Positions 36,703-49,468 of a stretch of 64,000 nt of DNA are shown here, one piece after another. The position numbers were made by a program, and so were the translations under genes. This DNA is from the human T2T-CHM13v2.0 reference genome, Homo sapiens. The notes under the pieces were generated by a model. The model had not been told where the DNA came from and made no database searches. It was given only the letters and a program-made list of their open reading frames with translations. Where the stretch lies: NCBI RefSeq assembly GCF_009914755.1, contig NC_060926.1. One strand, written 5' to 3'. The first letter of the stretch is position 1, and each line of letters begins with the position of its first letter.

Positions 36703-39576
36703 ACCTACTTATGTCTTCAGTATTTGTTAAGTGTTTTGAAAGAGAATGATAAACAAAGAGAATACAAAAATAATGCTGTGTGTGTATACATATATCTATT
36801 GTCATCATCGTTGGTATTATATTATGAAATAGCCTCTGTTATCAAAGGAGGTTAAAATTTGATAGGTGGTACAAATATATGAATAGCTAATAAAAATGAG
36901 TGCATCAGTCACTGGCTAAGCACTGGGGATATAAAGAAAAATAAAAACAAATTTCTTTGAGACAGAGATAGAGGAGAGACCCTTTGTTTAAATCACTATA
37001 GTTAAATTAATTAGGCATGCCCCAGGAGTGATGGGGTTCTCAGGCTAGGATTAGAAACATGGTAAGCAAAGTTTGAAATGAAACCCAATGTAGGGAAGAG
37101 TCAAGATTAACAGCATAGATAGCTAGGCATCACAAACTATCGGCAGAGACCGGGAATTGGTGCCACAGGTTTGTTTAGGCCAGAATAATTAAGATGATAA
37201 TGTTGTTCAGTAGTTTCAACAAGAAGTTGTTGCACAGGGACCTAGCTATTTTACCTTACTTTATGCAAGTAGTTGTAAAATTTATACATCTCCCAACTCT
37301 TATTTTGTGTACCTTTGTAGAGCTTTAGTGGTGATTGTGGTGAAGAAAAGTCCTGTGATGCAGAAAATTTAGTTTACTCCCATGAATCCAACTAATCGAG
37401 ATAACTTAGGTTAAAAATTATCATTAATAATTACTAGAAATCATCTCTTCATTTTGGTTGTCTTAATTGACAACTAACAGATGTCTTATCTGGGGATAAC
37501 ATAGTTTCAATGAATGAGAGTAGCAATATCTTAATCTACCAGTTTTGTTTACCTTTTATTTCAATTTTTCTGAAGAAATACTTCCAGACAGAAAATTCTA
37601 AGTTAGCAAAAACCCAAATCCATATCCTTTTCAATGTTACCATTTCTAACCCTACACATATCACCAACATAGTAAGGGGAATGATAAAAGCCAGAAATTA
37701 TATTACATTCTGGAAATATTTGCCAAAGTCTGTCTACATTGGATGCTTTTCATATATTACATCACTTAAATCTCACACAAAATTAAGAACTCTCATTTGA
37801 CAAGTGAAGAAACCAGAATGTTAAGTAACTTCTATATATGCATTTTTGCTTACAATGGACATATTATCTGTATATGGGAATTTATAGGACTTAGTTTATT
37901 TCCTAGATATCATTAAGAGATAGGTTTTGACTTGGCCCTGTGCTTCATATTTGCAAACGTAATATAACTTGGAGGGAACAATAGCAATGGTGTTGAAATT
38001 TAAAGCCACTATGAAGCAAGCTTTCAAAAATGACTTTGTCGAAATTTAATCCTATGATTCTCTCCCCTTTGGAGTACGTAATGTATGAAATCATCCATGG
38101 AATTCCAGCAAATTCAGAATCTGTTTGGAGAAGATGGTTAAATAAAAAGAACCATTGTGTACGGTATCTATAGAGTACAAAAAGCCTTTGACTGAATGGA
38201 AATAAGAACAGAGTTGGAAGCTCTGAGTAAGAAAGGAATTAAAGAAATATATATGGGTGCCAGGAAATACATCAATTTTTTTTTATGATCCTCACTGAAA
38301 GAAAAAAGTCTGTTCATTTTTGTTGCTGTTGTTGCATCTAAACAGGACTACCTTTTCTCAGCTACCTAAACGAAATATCTAAAAGCCTGGAGAGCAGCAT
38401 AATGTCACTAACGTCATTTTATAAGGTAGCATTATGCATGGAGTTATGATGATGGGAAGATGTTTTATGTTATGCCATTATAAATTAAAAATGCACAAAG
38501 CAATGACACATGTGTTATACTTTCCATCTGTGGCACCTGCTTCGCAAGTTTCAGTTGCACCTATTATGTTATTCTTTACATTCAAATGAAATCTGAGGAG
38601 AAATAAAAATAAGACAGTCTTGCTCCTAACTAGCTTCCTGTACTGGATAGAGTAGAAGACCGTTCCACCTCCTTCCAAGAGAGTAACTAAAGATATTTCA
38701 TATGAGCCTGTGACATGCGCATGCTTTGGTCTTCTCAAATAATTTCCAAAGATATGCACAAAACCTCAAAGCACACCGAAAGCAAGCTAACGTGGCGTGC
38801 CAAAGTAGCCCATTAGATGTTCAGAAATAAAAGCTTTTAAAGAAAAGTTTTAAAATCTTAGAAAGTTTGTGGTTACTTCCTTCCTCCCTCTGTCGTAATT
38901 CAAGGAGGCCACAGAAAACCAGGTTTTATAGACCAGGTGGTAATAGAACCATCTATTCTACGCACAGGTCTGTCTCCTCTTGCCAGAAAGGAACCATTTT
39001 CAAACATAGGACTCCTAAGAGCTTCCTGGGGGTTACTGTGATAAATCATATGAAACAGATCTTGTTGATTTTGCATACAAGTTTTCATATTTAAAACCAC
39101 TTTGCTCCTTTCTCTTTGATAGGTATCATGACCATAGACAGTTGATTGGACTTGAGTTGAGTTTTTCCTGAGGAAGTTTCCAATGTTTTCTAGTAGTACT
39201 TAGAGTCTCAGGTGATGGCAACCATGCAATATTTCCACTTTAGACATAGTAGTTGGACAAAGAATGAATATGAAAACGGCAATCATGATTTTATTCTTTC
39301 TCTGGAGACCACACTGGAGAGTATTCTGCATGTTTGTAGAGAAAATCATTTGAAATAGGTTAAGCCTGAATAGGCAGGCAATTTTTCAACTAATTCCAGC
39401 TTCAAATCTGTTCTCTGAATATTGGTAATTATTTTTCTTCAAATGGAATTACCTAAAGAGCTAACTCTGTTGTTCACTGTGTTTCACAAGTGTAGCATAG
39501 CCCTTGTGTTGAGAAGATGTATAGGTATGATCCAGAAATTTGACCTTGTCTTTCTCTGCTCAAAACCTTGGGGCAT

Positions 39577-39957
39577 TGTATTAGTTTGCTTGAGCTACCA
39601 TACTAAAGTACCACAGACTGGGTGGTTTAAACACCAGAAATGTATTTCCTCACAGTTCTAAAGGCTGGAAGTCTGAGATTAAGGTATCGGTAAGTTGATT
39701 TCTCCTAAGGCTCCCTCCTTGGTGTATAGGCAGTCAATTTCCTCCTGTGTCTTCACATGGTCTTTCCTCTGTGTGCACCCTAATCTGTTGTTATAAGGAC
39801 ACCATACATATTGGATGGGGACCCACATGACCTCATTTTACCATAATTACCTCTTTAAAGATCCAATCTCCAAACATAGTCACACTATGAAATATTGGGG
39901 GTTAAGACTTCAACGTTTGATTTTGAGGAATGGAAGAACACAATTCAGCACATAACA
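39577..39957 (-). mobile_element. MaLR solo LTR (MLT1B-like)
   Basis: TGTATTAGTTTGCT...CACAATTCAGCACATAACA, with 5-bp flanks GGCAT / GGCAC. Confidence 0.88.
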
Positions 39958-41093
39958 GGCACGATGCATATTTTTGGGTGATATATTTGTTATTTGAGTT
40001 TGTCCTGGCTTGCCCCCAAGGACAAAATAATATGATTCTAGGGAAGAGTAACAGGATGTAAAATGTCCAGAACTTTATATTCACTTTCTGAGCACCTGAT
40101 GAAGCCCTCTCCTTTGAGGAACATAAAGCAGCCTCAACAGCTGTAGCTTTAAAAACACAAGGCCCAGTATGTAGTCTCCTTCCATCTCTGTTTGTTTGAA
40201 AACAATTAAGTGAACAAACAAATTAACTGGCCAACTGGTTTAGTTTTCTCAGATAATATCCTCAATGAAGTCTCATGTTACAGCCAAGGTGTGGAAGGAG
40301 GAGCTTTAGCCAGTGCAGCACAGAAAGATGCTACTTTTGGCACAGGGTGACATCACCGTGTTTGAGAATGCAGAACCTCTCTAATCCACCAGAAATCAGA
40401 CCAAACCATCACTTTCAGGAGCCAGCACAGCAAGAAAAGTTGAGCTAGTTGAGTGATTCAACCAACTTACTTTTGATCCATTCCTTTAAATACTAAACTA
40501 AAAATCTTCTATATCCTTATAAACAGTGTCATTTTATCCACATTAATATCTAATCTTTCAATTTGATTTTAGGGCCAAACATATTATGTTTTGGATCGAT
40601 CATCCCTCTGGCATCTCTTCCATTTGGGATGTGACTTTCATGTACCCAGCAGGCCTTTTAGATAAGGGATCCAAATGGTCATCTGTGCTGGAAGCAGGGA
40701 CATCATCCTTTATGAGAGTTTCATAGTGTAACAAGTTCTTTTCACTGTATTAATGAGATCAGGGCTATTCTTTCTGTATCCTGGGAAAGCTAGGGTGTCT
40801 TTTCCTCTTTTTAAAATTGCAACAATAAAATAAAAGTTGGAAAGAGGTTTTAAAAGTGCTATGAAAACTATTACAAGGTAAAGAAGCACTTGTTTTTAAC
40901 ACATGAAGAAGATTTTCTTTCTTGACTCGGTTACTCTTCTATTCTGGATAGTCCAAGTGCAAGCATATTTCAAAAAAGACTAGGTTAAAACAGGTTGAGT
41001 CTAGTTAAAATTGGACCTGATATCACAACTGCTGGTTATATATACCAATACCTACAAAGCAATATATAATACAAGAGGAAAGGGGTAAACTCC

Positions 41094-41371
41094 TTTTTTT
41101 TTTTCCTTTGAGACGGAGTCTCGCTCCGTCACCGAGGCGGATGGGGTGCAGTGGTGTGATCTTGGCTGACTGCAACCTCTACCTCCCAATTCTCCTGCCT
41201 CAGCCTCCCGAGTAGCTGGGATTACAGGCATGCCACCATGCCGGGCTACTTTTTGTTATTTTTTTTTTACCATGTTGGCCAGGCTGGTCTCAAACTCCTG
41301 GCCTCAGGTGATCTGCCCACCTCAGCCTCCCAAAGTGCTGGTATTACAGGCATGAGTCACTACACATGGAC
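41094..41371 (-). mobile_element. Alu (AluS) with two small internal deletions
   Basis: Antisense dimer lacking the 'gggttcaagc' and 'agtagagacggggttt' segments. Confidence 0.9.
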
Positions 41372-41847
41372 AGTAATTAAACTCTTAATGATATTTAAAT
41401 GCTCCTTGTTCCTTGGAAACTACCATTGACCTACTATGGCTATCAAAGGTTCATCTTTCAGTTCTTTTTAAGAAAAATTATTCCTAATAGCTACTGTCAA
41501 ATTTTTTCTTTCAAATATAATTTGTAAAGCTTGATATAAATAAGTTTTTACTTAAAAGATACCCTAAAGGCTCTTCAAGAAAGAGCATTTCAGGGTAACC
41601 TTGTTTGGGTACAACATTTAGGTTGTGTGTGTGTGTATGTGTGTGTGATCTCATAAAATTCACATGGTATTTGCATTGTGGAGCTTAACCTATCTTTAAT
41701 TCTGTTTATAAGCTTTAAGGCAAAACCATAACCAAAATGGATTTAAGATAACCTAATTAGAGGGCCAGGAGAAACCAGCACAGATTGAAAGGATTGTGAG
41801 ACATCGTGATTCAACCAGACTTCTTCCTAGGATTGGACTATAACATG

Positions 41848-42215
41848 TGATATGGTTTGGCTGTGTCCCCACCCAGATGTCATGTTGAATTGTGTTGAAT
41901 TGTAATCCCCAATGTTGGGGGAGGGACCTGGTGGGAGGTGATTGGATCATGAAGATGGATATCCCTCTTGCTGTCCTCGTGATAGTAAGTTCTCACAAGA
42001 TCTGGCTGTTTAAAAGTGTATAGCACTTTCCTCTTCACTCCTCTCTGCTGCTGGCCATGTGAAGATGTGCTGGCTTCCCCTTCACCTTCTCCCATGATTG
42101 GAAGTTTACTGAGGCCTCCCTAGTTGTTCTTCTATACAGCCTGCAGAACTGTGAGCCAATTAAACCTCTTTTCTTTGTAAATTAACCAGGCCCAGGTAGT
42201 TCTTTGTAGCAATGT
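41848..42215 (+). mobile_element. MaLR solo LTR (MSTA/MSTB-like)
   Basis: TGATATGGTTTGGCTGTGTCCCCACCCA...gcagaactgtgagccaattaaacctcttttcttt...tagttctttgtagcaatgt. Confidence 0.9.
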
Positions 42216-42884
42216 AGTTTTTGTTGATCCCGTTCAAGAAACTGCATCGTACTGAGATAAATCCTCTAAAACAACCAGGCTGGCTTACAATGTTTGTTCA
42301 GTGTTTCAGTTGCCTTAGTCCCTTTTTTATTTTATCATTTTGGCCTTTACTCACCTGCCTCATTCTGGTGACATATTGGATATGTTTGATTCCTTATGCT
42401 TTAAAATGTTTTTCAGGTACATTTTCCCATTTGATACCAACAATTATCCTTCTATCTTCATTTTACAAATAAATAAATAAATAGATATACAATGAATTAG
42501 TGGTAAATCCAGTCCTGGAGTGGGTGTTTCATATGGTCTTTTTCCTACTCTATCATATTTCCTCTTCACTCCATTGCTACCTAACAATTTGCTCCATCTG
42601 TGCCCGTTTCCTAATGCAGTTGCTTCTTATTACCAATTTGTTTTGTATCTGTTTATATAAGAATCTGTGCCTTCTACAAGTCTGTAATTACCAAAGATGA
42701 GAGTCAGTTTACAGGTAAAAGCATAGCCTCGAGTTAGACATTTAAGGATAAAATGTAAAAATTACAATCTTGACATAATAGTCAATCAACTACCATTTGC
42801 AATTACTGTTTATTTGCCTTTTCCCTTTCTGCTTCTGCCAGCCAAGATTAAGTCTGAACACAGTGATTTTAAACATAGTGGGGG

Positions 42885-43095
42885 CTTACTGGCTCTTTAT
42901 CCTGGTTTCATCACTTGGCAGCCATGGGAAAATTGTTTAATCTACCTATGCCTCACTTTCCCTATCTGTAAAATGGACATGATGATAACAATAGCATCTT
43001 CCTCATTCCTTGCTGAAAGCATTAAATTAGATAATGAATGTAGAGTGCATAGCACAGTCCCTGGTACAGTGTAAGCTCTAAGTAATTGTTGGTTA
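42885..43095 (+). mobile_element. MIR SINE
   Basis: tgcctcactttccctatctgtaaaatgga...attaaattagataatg...tagcacagtccctggtacagtgtaagctc. Confidence 0.8.
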
Positions 43096-43303
43096 TCGCT
43101 TTCGTTGCAAAGTAGCCTGAATGAGTTCATATGGATTTTGTTCTATAAAAAGTTATGATTTTGTCAAGAATAATTACCAACTCAAGGTCATATTAAGGAA
43201 ATATCAATATGTGTGTATCTAATTTTCTAGTTCCCTGACCACCTATGGTAGACTTCGTAAATCTTTGTTGAGTTACTTCTACAGACACTTATGGACTTCA
43301 CTA

Positions 43304-43518
43304 TAGTGGCTCTCAACCAAGAATAATTTTGCACCATGGGGAGATACGTGGCAATCTCTAGACACAATTTTTATCATCCCCACTGGGAAATGCTACTGGC
43401 ATCTATTAGATAAAGGTCAGGGATACTGCTAAACATACTAGAATGTACAAGACAGCCCCCACCACAAAGAATTTTCCAGCCCCAAATGTCAATAGTGTGG
43501 TGCTTTTGAGAAACTCTA
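43304..43518. mobile_element. MER20 (hAT-Charlie)
   Basis: agtggctctcaacc...tgctactggcatcta...gggatactgctaaacat...gacagcccccaccacaaaga...ccaaatgtcaatagtg...tgagaaac. Confidence 0.88.
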
Positions 43519-44259
43519 CTCTATTAGAAAAGGGAAAAGTATAAGACATCATCACTGTGTAGAATCTAGTTAGAAAATGCTTATCAAATAATGCAAATAT
43601 ATTTGTAATAATGCCTGTTAACACCAGGGTAGGGTTATGGTTAGTTCATCTTGAGGACTGGTTGGCTTCATGAGAAGGCATACTATATGGACATAACTTC
43701 ATGTTTAGATAAACTACAGTGGCCTTGCAAAATTTGCCTTAACATCACCTGGTTTACAAGGGATCTTAACCTTGGTTGATTATGAAAACTTGATATAAAA
43801 ATTAGTATTATATTTCAAAATACTCTTTCCAACTATTTGCCATATTGCCTATTTAAGCTACTTGCTGAAGGGCTACAAATTATTATTATTTCTTTAAATG
43901 GAAACTACATGGGAATCTATAGTAGGAATCTTGGTTTAAGGGACACAGTTAATATTATATGGTATTTTAAGTAGATATAATCAAATGGTATCTATTCATG
44001 GGTAAATTTTCTTTAGATATCACTATGTTCGATTTTCATGTTCACTTGAATTAACTGATATTAATGTGGAAATGAGTAATAGTAATGCTGTTTTCCTTTG
44101 GTTAAGCCATTATTTGTTGCTGCTGCTGTTGTTTCCTTGCTCAAGTTAAAATCATTCTCTTTTTTACCTGCTGAACACTTTCCTTTAGCAATTTCAAACT
44201 TGTGCACCAAAACGGCATTTTGTGTTGGACTTTTCTGATAAATTTTTGGTAGAGATAGT

Positions 44260-44265
44260 TGTGTG

Positions 44266-44296
<31 letters not shown>
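44260..44296. repeat. (TG)n microsatellite
   Basis: About 18 TG units with one TT interruption. Confidence 0.95.
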
Positions 44297-45036
44297 TTAG
44301 GTTTCCACTTAAAGTTCAGTGCCAAAGCTACAGTACTTATACATTTTCTAAATGTGTTTTAAGCAATAAGTTGTACAACATTTTTAGAACATGTGTTAAG
44401 CTATTTCTCTAAGAATGAAGCTCTTAACAAAACATAAGCACTCTGCATGAGATCTTAGCAGCAAAGTGCTTAAAAGATAAAGTAAGAATTGGTACCATGG
44501 GAAGAACACCAGCTGTAGAGCACACAGGTCCATTATGAGAAGTATGGTAGTGGGTAGGGAGAAAATGATTTAATCAGGAGTAAAACCAATTTTATTATAA
44601 GGGCACGCAGGGGGTGTGGCACCATAGTGAGAGGGACATTTCAAAATATCTGACAGATTTCAACAATGTGAAAACCCCGTTCTTTAAAGTGACAGTAAAC
44701 CCCATCAGGTCTCCCTTTTTGATGCTATTGTTAACAGTTGACTGTTTAAAGCTGGCCTGCTAAGATGCTGTCGGCCTATTTCAATAGTGTGTAGCCAAAT
44801 AAAAGACTAATTGTTGAAATACAATCAATCAAAAATGATTGCAGGGCAGAAAGAAGGTCTCCTCTGCTGATTTTGTTGTGTATCACATTATTGTGTTATG
44901 ATTGAGGTAGGAATGAAGACTGAAAGGGAAGATTAGCCCGTCTGAAATAAACAGATTCACCTTCATGTCTTCTCTTTGCAAACACACTGTTGAGCAGGAA
45001 CACCACTTACTATAAGCCTTAGAAACGATCGTTCAT

Positions 45037-45042
<6 letters not shown>

Positions 45043-45066
<24 letters not shown>
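45043..45066 (+). repeat. A24 homopolymer not attached to a recognisable retroelement
   Basis: 24 consecutive A. Confidence 0.9.
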
Positions 45067-45067
<1 letters not shown>

Positions 45068-46391
45068 AACTGCTGAAGATTTGGGCTAATGTTTTTAAAA
45101 GGACGTGAACATTATTAGCAAAACAGCCCATGCAGAGAATCCCTACAGTGACAATTCTCAGCTTTTCTTACATTTTGGTGCAAAATGCTCCTCTGGATTC
45201 ATAAAACTGACATCCAAGGGACATGTGAATGTGAGCCCAAGACATCAGTAAAGAAACAAATTTTCAGTTGACCAAATACCTCGGCGCTTGCCAGTATTCT
45301 CAGCTTTTCAGTTAACCCCCAGATTGTCTAAAATGATTAGTTTAAGGTTTCATGAAGCCCCGAATCCAAAACCTTTTCCATGTTGCACGTTTAGAAAGAC
45401 AAATCGTCTGGCTCGACAGCAGTGCCTTTGTACCTCGCTTCCTTTTAATTTTATGTCAAGATGTCCCTTTCAGACGTGAATGCATCCACTTCTTGGGTGA
45501 GACTAATTCCAGACATTCATATTGAGGGTGAAAAGGACAAAAATAATTGCCCAGCGCACTTTATTTCTATTAAAACCTTCATTTTGGGATTTACTTTCTT
45601 TAGTATTTCAACATCTCCACTCACTCAAGCTTCCCAAGCAAATATTTCTGTTGTTTCTAAAAAGAGTTGGTAAGCACTTGTGGTTTGTCTTTAGTGTGTT
45701 ATCATTTTTGACAGCTTTGCATAGCCTACGTAGGCCAACAGGGGTCTGTCTAATATTGTTGCTGGGCATATTTTCCTCACTGAGATGAGAACTAAAAAAA
45801 AAAGATTTTGAAGCAGTAAGAAAAGAATTAATATCCTTTCTCACTCAGTATTCTCTTCCTTGCTGACTTTATATTCAGGCAAAAAAAGGGAAAAAGTGTT
45901 ACCCATTATTCCCTTGTACATAGCAAGGCTAACACATGTAAAGCAATAACTCATTTTCTATTGCCATGTTTAGCATATGTCTCCTGTTGGCTCAGCAAGG
46001 CCTTTAGGCCGGTCCCTTGAGCCGGCCATCATTGGCAACTCTTAGCCCCTCGGCCTCAAAACCAAATAGCTTTGAATCATGTTGAGCTGTGATGCTAATT
46101 TTCATACTGATGCATTATGGGAATAAACGTATCTGACATACTGTGTCAATGGCACTGTCTCTTTGTGTCTCTTGTTTTTTTGTTAGCTGCATTCCTACAG
46201 ATGGTATTCCATTGAAAATGTTCCCTTCCTACGGAAAGAGGGAGGAAAAAAAAATGCACAGCACCAAACCTCTAGGTGCAGAAGGCTGTTAACGGTTGCT
46301 GATGATAGTAGGCAAACATTAACATAATAATTAGTGTCTTGTAATTGTTTCATTAAAACCAGTTGTTCCATTTCTCCTCGTGTTTTCCCAG

Positions 46392-46526
46392 AAGAGAAGC
46401 TGAATTTGGACGACAGCCAGTGGGAGGACATCCACGTTGTCACCGGAGCACTGAAGATGTTTTTCCGGGAGCTGCCTGAGCCGCTCTTCCCTTACAGTTT
46501 CTTTGAGCAGTTTGTGGAAGCGATCA
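46392..46526 (+). CDS. ARHGAP15: Internal coding exon of Rho GTPase-activating protein 15 (RhoGAP domain), 135 nt, phase 1-1
   Basis: Translates to (E)EKLNLDDSQWEDIHVVTGALKMFFRELPEPLFPYSFFEQFVEAI(K). It contains the RhoGAP 'LKxFFRELPEPL' motif and matches ARHGAP15 as I recall it. Acceptor tttctcctcgtgttttcccAG ends at 46391 and donor GTAAGT starts at 46527. Confidence 0.95.
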
Positions 46527-47726
46527 GTAAGTACCTCACAGAAAAGGGCAGGTGGTAGAATAACCTGACATCCTGGAATTATTAAGTAAATAATAAGAAT
46601 GATTATAATAATAATCATGGGGAACAGATAGTATCCCCGATGCTCCATATCTTACGTTTTCGTTTTTGTGTTTTGATGGCTTGTTTTATTTCTGGCCCTG
46701 CAGTATTATCTGAGGTTTGTTTGTTTTTAATTAGGAAAAAAAATATGACATCCTATTTAGGGTAGCCAATTTAACTAAGTATCCTCAAATGAAAATAGTG
46801 TCTCATCAAATCTGCTTTAAAGGGTTCACTGTGTGCACCCCTCATCTCTGCCTTTATACTTTCAGAATTGCAATGAGTTTGAATACAAAGCGGTCTCGAA
46901 AAGGATCCTAAGTGAATTAAATATTACATTTCATGAAATATGTGTTAAATTATCAACTAAGACATCATGTTCTCTTGGTTCACTCACCCTTCACCCACCA
47001 ACACTAGTAAACAGTCAGCCATAATTTGCTTATGAGCAGCGTGATTATCAAATGAAGTAATGGCAAGTTTCTTCTGTTAAACTGGTGACTTTATAAGAGA
47101 GTGAGTTATATCTACTACTAACCAGTAGTCATTGTACACTCCATGAAGCTTCCTTTTCTGTTTTTTTTTTAATTCATAAAACACACACACACACTTAAGT
47201 AAAAGTGAATAAATGAATGAATGAATCAATGAAAATCTTTTCCAAATGGAAGGGTACTTCTGCTATTAATCCTTGGAGAAGCAACTACTGGTACGTCTCT
47301 AAATTTAATATCTTAGGGTATGCTTACTGTGACTGTGACAGCTTGGAAAAAGTTTCCTGGCAAGCCAGCTGATTTAAGGAAGAAAAAGAAAGAAGAAAGA
47401 AAGGTAAAATTAAAAACCTTGCAAGCCTGGCAGGAGCTTAATTAAAATCCTAACGAGACAAATCTCCAAGAAAAAAAAAACTGCTGTATTCAGGAGGTCT
47501 GATCTTGGATGGCTGGGTATGAAGTGTTCCCATTAGCACAAGTGGAGATTTGGGGGTCCTGTGTTGGAAAACAGCCCCTCAACATGCCCTCTAATTCTGT
47601 CATTCACAAAGCCTTCACCCTTGTTTAAAGCTCTGGCAAAACGGTATCAAGAAAAAGAAGAAATTTCTCTCCCAAGGTCTTTCTCTTGTTGCTTGCTCAC
47701 AATTTCAGATTTTGTTGTTGCTATTG

Positions 47727-47750
47727 CTGCTGCTGCTGCTGCTGCTGCTG
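47727..47750 (+). repeat. (CTG)8 trinucleotide repeat
   Basis: Eight CTG units flanked by TTG units. Confidence 0.95.
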
Positions 47751-48626
47751 TTGTTGAATGCAGTAACAATACTCTAAAGATGGGTTTTGAGTTGAGGCTG
47801 GAACTCTTATCCCTTGTCGTGACTTCATCTCATGACCCCTCTACTTCTTCAGAACAGCAATGTTTCATAGTTCAGCATGCTTTCCTAACTTCATTTGAAA
47901 AGAAGAAATAAAAAATAAACAAGCAGGCATTTCCATAACAGCTTTTTCTGATATTCTGTCTTGGAACACCCAAGCAACTTACAATGTTGGAACAGCGTTC
48001 TGGTAGGAAATTGGAGGGACTTTGCATTTGGATGCCTATTTCTGATTGTGTACATTTAAAGAAGTCATATAAATTTCACATCATCATCTCCACACATTCA
48101 AGTGAGGATGATCTCATTTGGAAATATACTTCGGTATGTGCTATTTGGGGGCTATAACTAGGATATCCATCATTTAAGCTTCCTTTAGTTCACCTGATTC
48201 TAAAGATGTTAGGAAAGTCATTTTCTTAGCTTGAGAGATATGGAAAGCAGGCCCTCCGAATCCACATGAGAGTATGTCTTTTGAATTTCTCTAAGGAGTA
48301 GGATCATCTCAGGGATATTCTAGACTTAAGTCCAAATTTTATAGAATTTCAGAAATATAGGCATGGTAAGAACGGAACATGGCAGAGTTGAGGCAGCAGA
48401 CTATTGGGATTGATGGCTCTTGCAAGGGTTTCTGCCAACACCTATAAAATGGGTTATGGCGAGAATGAATAAGAAAGTGCCTAAGAAAGTCTTTCAAAAA
48501 TGTAAGAGGGTGCACAAACAGTGCTAAAAGTGTTTCTCCATATGAGCTTTGTTTGATAATGTAATTTGGAAGAGGAGAGAGGAGACTTCGTCCTTCATTG
48601 TTCAAGGCAACAAGAATCAAACTCAG

Positions 48627-49468
48627 GGTTATTGTGTCAGGACGTGGTTCCTGCCGGTGGGTTCGTGGTCTTGCTGACTTCAAGAATGGAGCCGTAGACC
48701 TTCTAGGTGAGTGTTACAGCTCTTTAAGATGGCACAGACCCAAAGAGTGAGTGGTAGCAAGGTTTATTGTGAAGAGCGAAAGGACAAAGCTTCCACAGCA
48801 TGGAAGGGGACCCCAGCGGGTTACCCCTGCTGGCTGGGGTGGCCAGCTTTTATTCCCTTATTTGTCCCCTCCCATGTTCTGTTTCTGTCCTATCAGAATG
48901 CCCTTTTTTCAATCCTCCCCGCGATTGGCTACTTTTAGAATCCTGCTGATTGGTGCATTTTACAGAGCACTGGTTGGTGCATTTACAATCCCCCTGCTAG
49001 CTACAGAGCGCTGATTGGTGCGTTTTTACAATCCTCTTGTAAGACAGAAAAGTTCTCCAAGTCCCCGCTCGACCCAGGAATTCCAGCTGGCTTCACCTGT
49101 CATTATGATCTGAAAGTTTGTTTCCCATCAAAATGTATATGTTGAAGTTCTCACCCCCAAGGTCATGGTATTAAGAGATGGGGGGGCTTTAGATGGAGAT
49201 TAGGTCATTAGGGCAGAGCCCTCATGAGTGGGATTAGTGGCCTTGTAAAAGAAGCCCAAGAGAAACCTGTATCTTCTTCCACCATGTAATGGCACAACTA
49301 GAAGTTGCCATCTATTAGCCAGAGAGTGGGCCCTCACCAATACATTAAATGGGCTGTCAACTTGGTCTCATACTTCCAAGACTCCAGAACAGTGAGAAGG
49401 AAATTTCTGTTGTTTATGAATTGCTAAATTTATGGCATTTTTTATAGTAGGCCAAATGGACTAAGACA
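48627..49468 (+). mobile_element. MaLR solo LTR (MLT1A0-like), interrupted after its first 6 bases by the LTR12
   Basis: Body at 49103-49468 (...agagccctcatgagtgggattagtg...ggactaagaca). 5-bp TSD CTCAG at 48622-48626 and 49469-49473. Confidence 0.85.
48633..49102 (-). mobile_element. ERV9-family solo LTR (LTR12F-like)
   Basis: TG...CA ends and 4-bp TSD TTAT (48629-48632, 49103-49106). LTR12 motifs gttcgtggtcttgctgacttcaagaatg, gtgagtgttacagctc and repeated gctgattggtgc. Confidence 0.9.

Noticed and set aside
46195-46648. Minus-strand ORFs overlapping the exon
   Set aside because: Shadow frames of the real exon with no protein-like features
47561-47911. 116-aa ORF containing poly-Ala
   Set aside because: Poly-Ala comes from the (CTG)8 repeat; non-ATG start, no splice context, no recognisable domain
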